Shown here: positions 19,328 to 29,468 of the stretch, piece after piece
Position numbering within the stretch: the first letter of the stretch is position 1
How the letters are laid out: each line of letters begins with the position of its first letter
Origin: Candidatus Sumerlaeia bacterium
GTDB taxonomy: Bacteria > Sumerlaeota > Sumerlaeia > SLMS01 > JAHLLQ01
Reading direction: 5' to 3'
Assembly: GCA_019634695.1 (NCBI GenBank)
Contig: JAHCAW010000010.1
Coordinates: 22,355 to 86,354 of the forward strand
Length of the DNA stretch: 64,000 nucleotides
Program-made: the position numbers and the translations under genes
The notes under the pieces: model-generated
Told to the model about the DNA's origin: nothing
The model's database searches: none
Seen by the model: only the letters and a program-made list of their open reading frames with translations

Positions 19328-20340
19328 GGCCGACGCAGCTCCCGCCCGATGAGTTCATTGAAGCGCGCAAGCAACGCCGGCACGTCGGTGTAATCGGAGT
19401 CCTGGGCGGACTGGAGCGAGACGGCGCCGAAACCGGTCTCGATCGAGAAATCACGCAGGACGCGCTTGAGTTCGCGGCCGAGGACCGAGTCGCGGGGGGC
19501 AAGTTCCGGGCGCACGACGACGGGGTCGGTGGGAACGGGGCGCGAGACCACGACCGGACGAATCAGCCGCGCCTGGTTGTCGCGCAGCCCTGCCACCCCA
19601 AGTGTCTCGTCGAGGGCGCCCTGTTCGCACACACCGACATCGACAAGGCCGGCGAGCACCGCCTTGACGACTTCGGCGCTGGACTCCATCCAGAGGAAGT
19701 CGGCGGCGGGTGGAGCGACGCCGAAGCGCTCGGCCAGCGACGTGAGCGGCGCGACGTACTCGGCCATGCCCTCGGAGGTGACAACGGCGACGCGGGCGCG
19801 CTGCAGGTAGGCGCCGAACGGCTGCGGGTCGAGCGGATCGGTCGCGAAGAAGGGCGAACGGGGGCTGAGGAAGACGACGCCGCGTTGCAGCACCATGCTG
19901 CCGCGGGTGGCGGTGATGTCGCGTTCGCGGCGTGTTTGCAGGATGATGCGATAGCCGGCGGCGGGATTCTGCTCGGCCCAGACGCGCAGCGGCACGAAGG
20001 CGAGGTCGAATTCGCGCGCGTTGAGCCGGCGCAGCATGTCGCGTCCGCCGTCGGTTTCGTACAGGCCGAAGCCGTCATAGCCGGCCGCGGCACAGGCCTG
20101 CATCAGCGGGGCATCCTGTACGAGGCGCGCGCGCAGAGCTTCCATCTGGCCGCGGGTGAAGCCCACTTCGCCTTCGGGCCGCAGGTAGCCGATGCGCAGC
20201 AGACGGGGAGCAACGGACAGTGTGGGAGTGGAGGCGGCGTCGTTGGACTGGCCCCCAACGGGCGCGAGGGCCATCAAGGCGAACAGCATCGCCAGGAACG
20301 GTGCGAGCGCCAGACGGGCGGATGGTGAGCGGAACGTCAC
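19324..20340 (-). CDS. Periplasmic substrate-binding protein (PhnD/PBP-like)
   Basis: A signal peptide is present (LALAPFLAMLFALMALAP). The length and pattern resemble a type-2 periplasmic binding fold. The gene overlaps the kinase start by 4 nt. Confidence 0.5.
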   Translation of the reverse strand: MTFRSPSARLALAPFLAMLFALMALAPVGGQSNDAASTPTLSVAPRLLRIGYLRPEGEVGFTRGQMEALRARLVQDAPLMQACAAAGYDGFGLYETDGGRDMLRRLNAREFDLAFVPLRVWAEQNPAAGYRIILQTRRERDITATRGSMVLQRGVVFLSPRSPFFATDPLDPQPFGAYLQRARVAVVTSEGMAEYVAPLTSLAERFGVAPPAADFLWMESSAEVVKAVLAGLVDVGVCEQGALDETLGVAGLRDNQARLIRPVVVSRPVPTDPVVVRPELAPRDSVLGRELKRVLRDFSIETGFGAVSLQSAQDSDYTDVPALLARFNELIGRELRRP

Positions 20341-21596
20341 GAGGAATTGGTGCCGGTGGTGGGGCTGCCCTGATAGATTGTTTCCTGCGCGGGCGGGGGC
20401 GGAATGGGCACCGGCGTGAGAGCCGGCGTCGTGCGTTGAAGGGAGGGGGAGGTGGAGAGGTCCTCCACGGCGACCGGTGGCGGCAGGTGGGTCTGCGTCG
20501 GCCGAGGCGTTGGAGTGGGAATCGGGATGGGAGTCGGGCGGGGCGCTTCGACGACTGGCGCGGGATCGGGTTCGCGCTGGAAGAATCGCACGCGCACGAA
20601 GCGCGGGCGGATCGTGGCGCGCAAGCGGTCAAGGGCGTCGGGATCGACGCCTTCGAAGGAGGCGTCGATCAGGGTCTCGAAGCTTTCGCCCGGGGCCTCG
20701 GCGTCGAGGAACTCGTTGGGCCGGGGAACGAGCCGGATGGTCGAGGTGGTCAGACGGTCGAGCTGGCTCACGGGACCTGTGACCGTGACGGCGGCGAATT
20801 CGGGCAGCAGGCTGGCGCCGACGCGGCGGCGGATCGGTTCATACCGGATGGGAACGCGGGCGAAGCTGCGTTCGCCTTCGATCTCGGGGATGGGAACGAA
20901 GACGGTCACACTGTTGGTCGGATTGGTTGGCATCGGATAGACGCCCGCCTGCGTGTCGTAGACGACGCCGACGACGCGGCGGACGGAGGCGCGGGCGCCG
21001 GCCAAGGAGATCTCCTCGGTGGAGATATCGAGTTGTTCGCGCTGTGCGAGTTCGAAGTGGAAGCGATCGACGGCCACATCGATTTCGGCCGGTTCTGCGC
21101 GCACCTGATCGGTTTCGACGCGGAAGCCTTCGGCGGGGGGCGCGGCGCCCAATCGAGGGCGAACCACCGCGCGGGCAACGCGCAGCCGGGCGTTGAAGCG
21201 GACTTCGGGTTCGCTGCGGAACTCGATGAAGGTGAGTCCGCTCGGCGCCCGCAGGTTGTCGCGCGAAACCCGAACGGCATGCTCGGAGAAGCGCTCGGTG
21301 CTGCCGACGCGCTGGGCCAGCTCACCCAAGTCGAGGGTGATGCGGAACTCGGCGGAGCCGACCATGCGCTCCTCGCCTTTGGGAAAGCTGAAGCTGACCG
21401 GAATCTGCTGGGGTGCGTAGGTGCGGCCGGGCTCGAGCTCGACGAACGGGGGCAGGTTGCGGAACTCGACCGGAACAAGGATCGTCTGGGTCAGGATCTC
21501 CTGCTGGCGCACGATGGCCCAGACAACGAAGGCCAGTGCCAGCGAGAAGAGGACGAGGACGAGGTCGCTGACCTGCTTGCTAGCCTGCTTCGCCAC
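20337..21596 (-). CDS. cdaR: YbbR-domain protein, likely CdaR (diadenylate cyclase regulator)
   Basis: An N-terminal TM segment is followed by repeated YbbR-like segments and a Pro/Thr-rich tail. The gene lies immediately downstream of cdaA and overlaps it. Confidence 0.65.
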   Translation of the reverse strand: MAKQASKQVSDLVLVLFSLALAFVVWAIVRQQEILTQTILVPVEFRNLPPFVELEPGRTYAPQQIPVSFSFPKGEERMVGSAEFRITLDLGELAQRVGSTERFSEHAVRVSRDNLRAPSGLTFIEFRSEPEVRFNARLRVARAVVRPRLGAAPPAEGFRVETDQVRAEPAEIDVAVDRFHFELAQREQLDISTEEISLAGARASVRRVVGVVYDTQAGVYPMPTNPTNSVTVFVPIPEIEGERSFARVPIRYEPIRRRVGASLLPEFAAVTVTGPVSQLDRLTTSTIRLVPRPNEFLDAEAPGESFETLIDASFEGVDPDALDRLRATIRPRFVRVRFFQREPDPAPVVEAPRPTPIPIPTPTPRPTQTHLPPPVAVEDLSTSPSLQRTTPALTPVPIPPPPAQETIYQGSPTTGTNSS

Positions 21597-22398
21597 GGTC
21601 GCCCTCCTCGTCGATCTCGAACAGATCGCGGAGTTTCTCGCGCAGGCTCTCGGGGGTTTCGGGGCGGGAGATCGTTCCGTCGTGGGCGATCGAGATGATG
21701 CCGGTCTCCTCCGAGACGACGACGACGACGGCGTCGGTCTCTTCCGTCAGACCGATGGCGGCGCGGTGGCGGGTGCCGAGGTCCTTGGGAAGTTCCTGAG
21801 TGGACAGGGGGAGCAGGCAGCCGGCCGCGGCGATGCGATTGTTCCGGATGATCACGGCACCGTCATGCAGCGGGGTGTACATGGCGAAGATGGTACGCAG
21901 GGTCTCGACCGAGACGACGGCGTCCATCAGCGTGCCGGTTTCGATGTAGGGGCGCAGGGGGGTTCGCCGTTCGAGGCATATGAGGGCGCCGACCCTCTTC
22001 TCGGCAAGGCGTGCGGCGGCCTTGATGATCTCCTCGATGGGGGCGGCGTCCTGATGGAAGAGGGCCCGGAAGATGGGCAGCCGGCCGTAGTCGGTCAGGC
22101 CCTTCTTGATCTCGTTCTGGAAGACGATGAGGAAGAGGACGACCAGGACGATCCATGCCCGGCCGAGCAGGGCGCGCATGGCGCTGAGTTCGCCGAGGGC
22201 GGTCACGAGGTAGAAGACGAGCGTCCCGCCCAGAACGATCATGAGGCCCCGCAGGGCGACCTGGCTGCGGGACTGGCGAATCATGTGGAGCAGGAAGTAG
22301 AAGAGCAGGGCCAGCATGAGGATGTCCACGACGTCGCGGAACCCCATGTTGGCGGTCAGGGAGATCAGGTCGGAGAAGAAGGAGCGGAGTTGCTTCAT
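21580..22398 (-). CDS. cdaA: Diadenylate cyclase CdaA
   Basis: The ATG at 22398 gives MKQLRSFFSDLISL. Three TM helices precede the DAC domain, with motifs GALICLER, PLHDGAVII, GTRHRAAIG and EETGIISIA. Confidence 0.9.
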   Translation of the reverse strand: MKQLRSFFSDLISLTANMGFRDVVDILMLALLFYFLLHMIRQSRSQVALRGLMIVLGGTLVFYLVTALGELSAMRALLGRAWIVLVVLFLIVFQNEIKKGLTDYGRLPIFRALFHQDAAPIEEIIKAAARLAEKRVGALICLERRTPLRPYIETGTLMDAVVSVETLRTIFAMYTPLHDGAVIIRNNRIAAAGCLLPLSTQELPKDLGTRHRAAIGLTEETDAVVVVVSEETGIISIAHDGTISRPETPESLREKLRDLFEIDEEGDRGEAG

Positions 22399-22715
22399 GT
22401 TCGCCCGGGATCTGCGGCCTCGTCCATCCCACGGCGCAGTGTCGCGGCTGAGGCCCGGGAAGGTCAAATGCGATATGGATGCATGGGCGGACCGAACTTT
22501 CCGGCGGTACGACTTGTCTGATGGTCAGGGGGGCGGAAGCCGAAGCGCCCCGGATGCCCGGGTGGCCGGGGATTCGGGGGCTCTTTGCGACGGCGCGCAA
22601 CGGACCCGATGAGTTGCTTGACGGCGTGCGCCGGGGCGTGTGTTTTTGTCCTGCGGGCCATGGCGTGGGCAGCTCTGTCAGCGCCGACGAATTCCTGACC
22701 CGCCCCCCGGCCCCG

Positions 22716-25700
22716 ATGACAGCGCGCGAATCACCCCCGCTGATCCTGATCGTGACCGTGGCCGTCGTGGTCGCCCTGTTGGGGGTGTTCTTGAGCCGCC
22801 CCGGGCCGAAATCGGGCAATGCCGGCGTCCGCGATCTGTCCGCCGGTCACATCGTGCGCGAGGACCCGGCGGGAATGACGGTGCGCACGCGGGCATCGCC
22901 CGAGCCCTCCCCCACCCCCGAGCCGACGCCCGAACCGACCCCGCCCCCCGAACCCGAAGTGGGCAGCGAGGAACTGGAGCCGATCGATCAGGCGATGCTG
23001 TTGCCCCCCGGCAGCATGCGCGGCTGGCTCATCACGGAAGATGGTCTGGCGGTCAGCGGGGCCGACGTTCGGCTGGAGTTCACCAATCTGGTGCCCAACG
23101 GCAAGCCGGGCCCGGACCTGAAGACCCGATCCGCCGAGGGGGGTCAGTTCGAGTTCCTCGAAGTGCCGCCGGGCGAATGGAACGTCATCGCGGAGCACCC
23201 GGCCTACGCGACCGGGATCGCCGGGGCGGTGGCGGTCGAGTCCGGGCGCATGACCGACAACGTCGATATCATCATGCAGCCGGCCATCGAGCTGGACGGC
23301 CGGGTGCGAACCTCCGCGGGCGTGGCGCTCGAGGGCGTCGAGGTCGTGCTGGCCCGACAGGTGGTAAGCGTGTCGCGCGCCTCGGGCGAGATCGTCACGA
23401 TCGAAGTGCCCTACCGGACGATTCAGACGGATTCGAAGGGGCAGTTCCGCATGGAGCGGGCGGCGCCGGGACCGCACGTGCTGACCGCGACCATGCGGGG
23501 CTTCGCGACCGAGCGCCTTGAAGTAGTGCTGGAAAAGGAAGCCAAGAACTCCTTTCAGATCATCATGGTGCCCGGTTCGAGCATCGGCGGACGCGTGCGC
23601 TCGGACACGGGATTGCCGGTGGGCAATACGCGCATCGACTTGCGCGATCCGCTGGATTCGAAGTTCAAGGCCAACACGACAAGCCTGCCGGACGGTTCCT
23701 TCATCATTGGGGGGCTCCGCAGCGAGCGCACGTTCCGCCTGACGGCCAAGGCGAACAACTTCGCGCCGGCGGGTCCGTTCGACATCCCGGCCGGCCGCCT
23801 CGAAAATCTGATCATTCTGGAAAGCGGCGGCGGCATCTCCGGAACCGTCACGAGTCTGGAGTCCGGACGTCCCGAGAACGGGATGCTGGTAACGCTGGAG
23901 GCGACGAACGAGGAGATGGCCTTCACGCGCAAGATGCTGACCCTATCGGACGGAACCTACCGCTTCGGTCAGCTTCCGTCGGGCACGTTCCATGTCCGGG
24001 TGCAGAGCGACCGACTGACCTGCGAGCCGCGCCTCGGTGTGCGGGTGCGCATTCCCAACGAGACGACCGGGATCGACTTCCAAGTCTATCCGGGCAAGGA
24101 AATCCGGGGCACGGTTTCGGACGCGACCACGGGCGAGCGCATCGCCGGGGCGACCGTGAAGTTGTCGAGCCGGGTGGGGCCGCAGTTCCTGACGCGCCAG
24201 AACAACCAGACGACGACCGATGCCGGCGGGATGTTCTCCGTCGAGAATCTGCCGTTTGGACTCTACTCGCTGGAGGCCACGGCGCCGGGCTATCGGCGCT
24301 ATCCAGGACCTGAGGGGACGGCGGAAGTGCGGCTGCTGCCGGACGAGACGCCGGAACCGGTCGAGCTGTATCTGGCCCGCGGCGGGACGGTGACGGGCAA
24401 CGTGGTCGACGCGTCGCGAGCCGCGGTTCGGGGGGCCATCGTGCGCCTGTACAACACGCCCGGTGCTCCCGTGCGGATCGACACCGGACGGCTCGAAGCC
24501 CTGACGGACGAGACGGGCAACTTCACGATCGATGGCATCCCGCTGGACACAGACGTCTACCTGACGGCGAGCGCGACGCCGCTGGGCAGCAGCATCCCGC
24601 TGGACGACGCCGGCAAGCCGCGCATGGAAAGCCCGGCGCTCTTCGGACGAGCGAAGGGCAAGAGCGAGCCGATCGTTCTGACCGAGTTTCTCTCGACCGC
24701 CAACGTGACGATTCAGCTCGGCATCGGAGGACCGTTGACGATCCGCGTTGTGGATGCGCGCGGCACCTCGATCGTGGATGCGGATGCGCGCATCGGCCAT
24801 GACGATTTTTCCGGCGACCGCGTGCCGGATGCGTGGAGCGGCAAGACGTCGGGCATGGGGGAGCTGGTGATCGGCAACGTGCCGGCCGGCGCGGGATCGG
24901 CGAGCGCCTCGAAGGCGGGTTACATCGGCGGCTCGCGGCGGTACACGATCCAGGACGGCAAGGCGGCCGAGGTGACGGTGACGCTGTACGAGGGCACGTT
25001 CATCGAGGGCTACGTGTTCGACGACGTGGGCGTGCCGTTCCAGGAGGGCCATGTGGACGCGCGGGCCGAGAGCGGCGCGCGGGGAGGCGGACGCGGGAAC
25101 ATCGACGCGCGGGGTCGATTCCGGATCGAGGGACTGGGCACATCGGGAACGTTCACGCTGGTGGCGAACGCGGCGCGCTCGACACCGACGGGCCGCCACG
25201 TCGTGGTGCGCGAGGTGCCCGGCGTGGACGTGCGGGAGAAGGAGACGGTGATTATCGTGCCGATGAGCGGCCGGCTGGAGGGCGTGGTGGTCGACAAGGA
25301 GACCAACCAGCCGATCCCGGGCGCGTCGGTCAGCATCGAGGGAGTCTACGAGACGCGGCCGGGACGGACGGCGACGTTCCGGTCCAACGCGCAGGCGCGC
25401 CAGCGTCCGGGCGAATTCAACTTCGAGAGCCTGCCACCGGCGACCTATCGCCTGACCGCCAACGCGAGCAACTACCTGCCGGTGACCGTGACGGATCTGG
25501 TGGTGAGCTCACCCGGCACGTACTGGGCGGGCCGTATCGCGCTCGACCAAGGGGCGTCCGTGCAGGCTCGGATCGTGGACGGCAGTACCGGGGAGCCGGT
25601 CGCCGGTGCGCGCTTGGCGCTCTCTCCCGGGGGCCGTGCGGCCAACTCAAACGCCAACGGCATCGTGACCATCGCCTCGCTGCCGGCCGACATCTACAAC

Positions 25701-26624
25701 GCCACGATCACGCATGCACGCTATCTGCCCAAGACGGTCAACCTCGTGCAGGTGCCCGAGGAGGGACGGGCCGACATGGGCACCATCGAACTCGAGCAGG
25801 GCGGCAAGCTTTCCGGGCGTGTGACGGACGGTTTCGGCAAACCGGTGGTCGGTGCGCTGGTGACGGTGCGCTATCAGGGCGAGGACTTCAAGCGATCGGC
25901 CCGCACCGACGGTGGCGGCCGCGTGAGCATGGAGGGGCTGCGACCCGGCTCGGTGACGATCACGGTGACGCACCGCTTCCCACGCGGCAACGTGACCCGC
26001 AGCATCGAGCGCACGATCACCTCCACGCAGGAGACCACCTTCGAGATCGAACTGGTCGGCACGCTGCGGCTGGACGGCACGGTCTTCAGCGATGGCCGGG
26101 GATCGGTGACCGCCGCCGTCGTGGACATCTATCCGCTGGAGTTCGACGGCACGCCGGTGCTCAACGGCCGCATCCGCGCGACGATCACCGGCGTCTCGTA
26201 CCGCGCCGAGAACATGATCGAGGGCGAGTACCTGATCCTGGCGACGGCGACGATCGGCGAGCGCGTCGTGCAGTGGCACGACCGCACGATGCTGGAGTAT
26301 CCGGGCAAGACGCTGCCGCTGACACCGCCGCGCGGCCGCCTCAACGGGCGCGTGCTCAACCGCAACGCCACCTACGCCCTGCCCGACATCAACATCCGCC
26401 TGCGGCTGCTGTCCGCCCCGCAGAGCGGCTACGCCGGCCTGAAGGCCCACTGGGAGTTCACCACGCGATCCGACGAGCTTGGCTTCTACGAGTTCTCGAA
26501 TCTGCCGGTCGGCACGTACGAGGTGGTCGGCACCGAGATCGGCTCGTCCAGCCCCATCGTGTTGCAGATCATCCAGCTTGAACGCGCCAACACGACGCGC
26601 ACATTCGACCTGATCGAGCAGTAG
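22716..26624 (+). CDS. Giant secreted or anchored protein built from about 12-13 carboxypeptidase-regulatory-like (CarboxypepD_reg) repeats
   Basis: An N-terminal TM segment (PPLILIVTVAVVVALLGVF) and a PTPEPTPEPTPPPEPE linker come first. They are followed by recurring units of about 95 aa of the type G-x-V-x-D-x-x-G-x-P-[VI]-x-G-A-x-V (e.g. GRVTDGFGKPVVGALVTV, ARIVDGSTGEPVAGARLAL). Confidence 0.75.
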   Translation: MTARESPPLILIVTVAVVVALLGVFLSRPGPKSGNAGVRDLSAGHIVREDPAGMTVRTRASPEPSPTPEPTPEPTPPPEPEVGSEELEPIDQAMLLPPGSMRGWLITEDGLAVSGADVRLEFTNLVPNGKPGPDLKTRSAEGGQFEFLEVPPGEWNVIAEHPAYATGIAGAVAVESGRMTDNVDIIMQPAIELDGRVRTSAGVALEGVEVVLARQVVSVSRASGEIVTIEVPYRTIQTDSKGQFRMERAAPGPHVLTATMRGFATERLEVVLEKEAKNSFQIIMVPGSSIGGRVRSDTGLPVGNTRIDLRDPLDSKFKANTTSLPDGSFIIGGLRSERTFRLTAKANNFAPAGPFDIPAGRLENLIILESGGGISGTVTSLESGRPENGMLVTLEATNEEMAFTRKMLTLSDGTYRFGQLPSGTFHVRVQSDRLTCEPRLGVRVRIPNETTGIDFQVYPGKEIRGTVSDATTGERIAGATVKLSSRVGPQFLTRQNNQTTTDAGGMFSVENLPFGLYSLEATAPGYRRYPGPEGTAEVRLLPDETPEPVELYLARGGTVTGNVVDASRAAVRGAIVRLYNTPGAPVRIDTGRLEALTDETGNFTIDGIPLDTDVYLTASATPLGSSIPLDDAGKPRMESPALFGRAKGKSEPIVLTEFLSTANVTIQLGIGGPLTIRVVDARGTSIVDADARIGHDDFSGDRVPDAWSGKTSGMGELVIGNVPAGAGSASASKAGYIGGSRRYTIQDGKAAEVTVTLYEGTFIEGYVFDDVGVPFQEGHVDARAESGARGGGRGNIDARGRFRIEGLGTSGTFTLVANAARSTPTGRHVVVREVPGVDVREKETVIIVPMSGRLEGVVVDKETNQPIPGASVSIEGVYETRPGRTATFRSNAQARQRPGEFNFESLPPATYRLTANASNYLPVTVTDLVVSSPGTYWAGRIALDQGASVQARIVDGSTGEPVAGARLALSPGGRAANSNANGIVTIASLPADIYNATITHARYLPKTVNLVQVPEEGRADMGTIELEQGGKLSGRVTDGFGKPVVGALVTVRYQGEDFKRSARTDGGGRVSMEGLRPGSVTITVTHRFPRGNVTRSIERTITSTQETTFEIELVGTLRLDGTVFSDGRGSVTAAVVDIYPLEFDGTPVLNGRIRATITGVSYRAENMIEGEYLILATATIGERVVQWHDRTMLEYPGKTLPLTPPRGRLNGRVLNRNATYALPDINIRLRLLSAPQSGYAGLKAHWEFTTRSDELGFYEFSNLPVGTYEVVGTEIGSSSPIVLQIIQLERANTTRTFDLIEQ

Positions 26625-26629
26625 CGAAG

Positions 26630-27892
26630 TCAGCCGCCGCCGGCGGCGAGGGCGGCGAGCCGGGCGCGTTCGTCGCGAGCCAGGGCGCGGAGGTCGAGCG
26701 CCTCGAAGCCCATGACCAACGCGTCGTCGGGCGACAGCTCGAGTTGCAGGACGATGTCGAGTTGTTCGAGTGCGCGCTGCCAGGAGCGGGTGCGCTCGAG
26801 CGAGCGCGCCATGAAGACACGCGCGAGTGCCGTCTCGTGGCGCTGCTGCGGGTAGCGGCGGACAACGTCGGCGGCCAGCATCTCGACGCGCTCCCAGTTA
26901 CCCTGCCAGGCGAAGGATTGCATGTAGACCAGTTCGATCTTGGCGAGCAGGCGCCGGTTCTCGACGGTCGCGCCGTCATAGGCACGACGCAGCGCGGCGC
27001 GGACATCTTCCCATGAGGGTGCGGGCTCCTCTGCCCGAGCGGCCAAGTCGACGAGAAGGGCGACCTGCCGGAGCCGGTCGCGGGTGCGGCCATTGCGGTC
27101 GCGCGCAGGGTCGTTGAGCAGGGCCTGTGTGGCGGCCCATGCGGCGCGCCAATCGCGGCGGTGACCGTAGAGCAGGTCGGCGGCGAGTTCGGCGCAGCGA
27201 AGCCGATGCTCCGGATCGGCGGGCCACTCGCCCCGCGCCACCTTGGCGGCCAGAAAGAGAGCGGCCTCGGGATGCTGGCGGTCGCGGGCAAGCAGCTCGG
27301 CGAGCGCCGCCGCGGCGGGCCCGCGCTCGTGCACGTTGGTTTCGGCCTCGAGTTTGGCGAGGTGCTCCTGCGTGGCGCGCGAGTCGGCCAGCGGAACGCG
27401 CTCGACGAAGTCGGCGAGTTGGCGGCGAACGCCCTCCCAAGGGTCCTGATCCGCTGCAGCCGTCGCCAGGAAGGCGGGAAGGACGGGGCCGCTGGCGAGT
27501 TCCTCGGGCGCCCGCACCTCCGGGCGCAGGACGACCACGCGGGCTTCTGCGACCTGTTGGGCGCGCAACTCCTCGGCGAAGTAGGTAGCCTCGGGCAACG
27601 CATGGAAGTTGCCGAGCAGAACGCGGGTGTCCTGACCGTCGCGGAGGGTGTAAATCGGGGCCCAGCCCAGATTCGTCAGGCCGGCGCGGACGCTCTCGGC
27701 CAGCGCGCTGGAGGGGAAGCGGGCGACTTCCACGGCGAAGCGGCGGGGACGGACGGCGGTGTCCTCCGGCAGCCACAGGCCCGGGGCGATCGTGTGCTGG
27801 CCGGCGGGCTCGTCGGCGAAGGCGGGCTTCGGCCCGGCAAGCGTCAGGACCAGCAGGAGCAGGAGGGGAAGGACTGGACGGGAGAGGGCCAC
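26630..27892 (-). CDS. Secreted protein with an N-terminal SPOR-like domain and a helical repeat region
   Basis: The signal peptide is MALSRPVLPLLLLLVLTLAG. A SPOR-like segment reads FAVEVARFPSSALAESVRAGLTNLGWAPIYTL...RVLLGNF, and the C-terminal part is TPR-like helical. Confidence 0.55.
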   Translation of the reverse strand: MALSRPVLPLLLLLVLTLAGPKPAFADEPAGQHTIAPGLWLPEDTAVRPRRFAVEVARFPSSALAESVRAGLTNLGWAPIYTLRDGQDTRVLLGNFHALPEATYFAEELRAQQVAEARVVVLRPEVRAPEELASGPVLPAFLATAAADQDPWEGVRRQLADFVERVPLADSRATQEHLAKLEAETNVHERGPAAAALAELLARDRQHPEAALFLAAKVARGEWPADPEHRLRCAELAADLLYGHRRDWRAAWAATQALLNDPARDRNGRTRDRLRQVALLVDLAARAEEPAPSWEDVRAALRRAYDGATVENRRLLAKIELVYMQSFAWQGNWERVEMLAADVVRRYPQQRHETALARVFMARSLERTRSWQRALEQLDIVLQLELSPDDALVMGFEALDLRALARDERARLAALAAGGG

Positions 27893-28055
27893 GAAACCGC
27901 CTCGGATTCGGAGCGTTGCATCACGGCCGACAGACTGGCGGGGTCGGCCGGGGGAACCAAGCAGAAAGATGGGATTGCCCGTTGACCGCCAGCGGGGGCT
28001 GGCCCGTTTCTAGCCGGGCGGGCGATCGGAACGCCGGCCAAGGGGAACGCGTATC

Positions 28056-29468
28056 GTGGGCGAGAAGCCACAGGCAGCCAGGAAGGCGAACGGAATCAAG
28101 CGCGGCGACATCGTCGAGGCGGATGTCGAGTCGCTGGTCTACGGCGGACGGGCGCTGGCGCGTGTGGATGGCTATGTGCTGTTCGTGCCGCATGCGGCGC
28201 CGGGCGACCGCGTGCGGGTGCGCGTCACCCGACGCAAGAGCACGTGGGGCGAGGCGGAGCTGGTCTCGATCGTGTCGCCGGCGCCCGAACGCATCGCGCC
28301 GCCCTGTCCGCTCTTCGGTAGTTGCGGCGGATGCTCGTGGCAGCACCTGCCGATCCGCATGCAGGAGCACTGGAAGGAACGCATCATCGCCGAGGCGCTG
28401 CATCCGGCGCAGGCGTTGCAGAAGGACCCGATCGTCATCGAGCCGATCGTGCCGAGCCCGACGCCGTTCCACTATCGCAACAAGATGGAGTTCACCTTCG
28501 GGCGCAGCGAGCCGGACGGGCCGCTGCTGCTGGGGTTCCACACGCCGGGCAACTGGCGCGACGTGCTCGACGTCCCCGAGTGCTGGCTGCATCCCGCGCC
28601 CTTCAACGCGATCCTGACGGCGGCGCGGCGCGAAGGCCAACGCCAATGGCTGAGCGCGTGGAATCCGTCGCGCCACGAGGGGATGCTGCGGCATCTGGTG
28701 GTGCGGTGGAGCGACCATGAGCAGGCGGCGCTGGTGGCAGTGCTGACGGGCAAGCGAACCGGTTTCGACTTCGAGGCATTCCGCAAGGCGCTGGTCGAGG
28801 CCTGCCCGCAGATCAAGGGCGTGACGTGGGGCCTGAACGCGGGCAAGAGCGACGTGGCGCGCGCCGAGGAGGTGCTGGGCACGTGGGGCGAGCAGAGCCT
28901 CGAGGAGCGGCTCGGCACGCTGCGCTTCCGCGTGTCGCTGCAGTCGTTCTTCCAGACGAACACGCGCGGGGCGCTGCAACTGTATTCGGTGGCGCGCGAG
29001 TATCTCGGGCTGACGGGCCGCGAGCGACTCTTCGATGCCTACTGCGGGACGGGCACGATCGGCATCTTCTGCGCTGACCGGGCGGGCGAGGTCTACGGCA
29101 TCGATCTCGTGCGCGAGGCAATCTGGGACGCGCGCACGAATGCGGAGGCCAACGGGTTGCGCAACTGCACGTTCATGGCGGGCGACATGGCAAGCGCGCT
29201 GCCGAGCCTGCTGGCGGCGATTCCGGGCAAGTTCGACCGCCTGGTGGTCGATCCGCCGCGTGGCGGCATGGACAAGCGCGCGCTCGACCAACTCCTCGCG
29301 CTGCGCGTGCCGGTGATGGTCTATGTCTCGTGCAATCCGACGACGATGGCGCGCGACCTGCAAGCCGCCGTCCAGGCCGGCTATCGCATCGAGCGCGTGC
29401 GCCCCGTCGACATGTTCCCGCAGACCTATCACATCGAGTGCGTGACACGCTGTGTCCTTGCCACCTGA
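28056..29468 (+). CDS. 23S rRNA (uracil-C5)-methyltransferase, RlmD/RumA family
   Basis: The N-terminus is TRAM-like and the Cys cluster is CPLFGSCGGCSWQH. SAM motif I is DAYCGTGTIG, and the catalytic region is VYVSCNP. The start appears to be a GTG. Confidence 0.85.
   Translation: MGEKPQAARKANGIKRGDIVEADVESLVYGGRALARVDGYVLFVPHAAPGDRVRVRVTRRKSTWGEAELVSIVSPAPERIAPPCPLFGSCGGCSWQHLPIRMQEHWKERIIAEALHPAQALQKDPIVIEPIVPSPTPFHYRNKMEFTFGRSEPDGPLLLGFHTPGNWRDVLDVPECWLHPAPFNAILTAARREGQRQWLSAWNPSRHEGMLRHLVVRWSDHEQAALVAVLTGKRTGFDFEAFRKALVEACPQIKGVTWGLNAGKSDVARAEEVLGTWGEQSLEERLGTLRFRVSLQSFFQTNTRGALQLYSVAREYLGLTGRERLFDAYCGTGTIGIFCADRAGEVYGIDLVREAIWDARTNAEANGLRNCTFMAGDMASALPSLLAAIPGKFDRLVVDPPRGGMDKRALDQLLALRVPVMVYVSCNPTTMARDLQAAVQAGYRIERVRPVDMFPQTYHIECVTRCVLAT

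Noticed and set aside
22897-22968. Repetitive CCCGA(G/A)CC(G/C)AC DNA, considered as a VNTR or CRISPR-like repeat
   Set aside because: It is simply the coding sequence of a Pro/Thr/Glu linker (SPTPEPTPEPTPPPEPE) inside the large repeat protein. There is no spacer structure.
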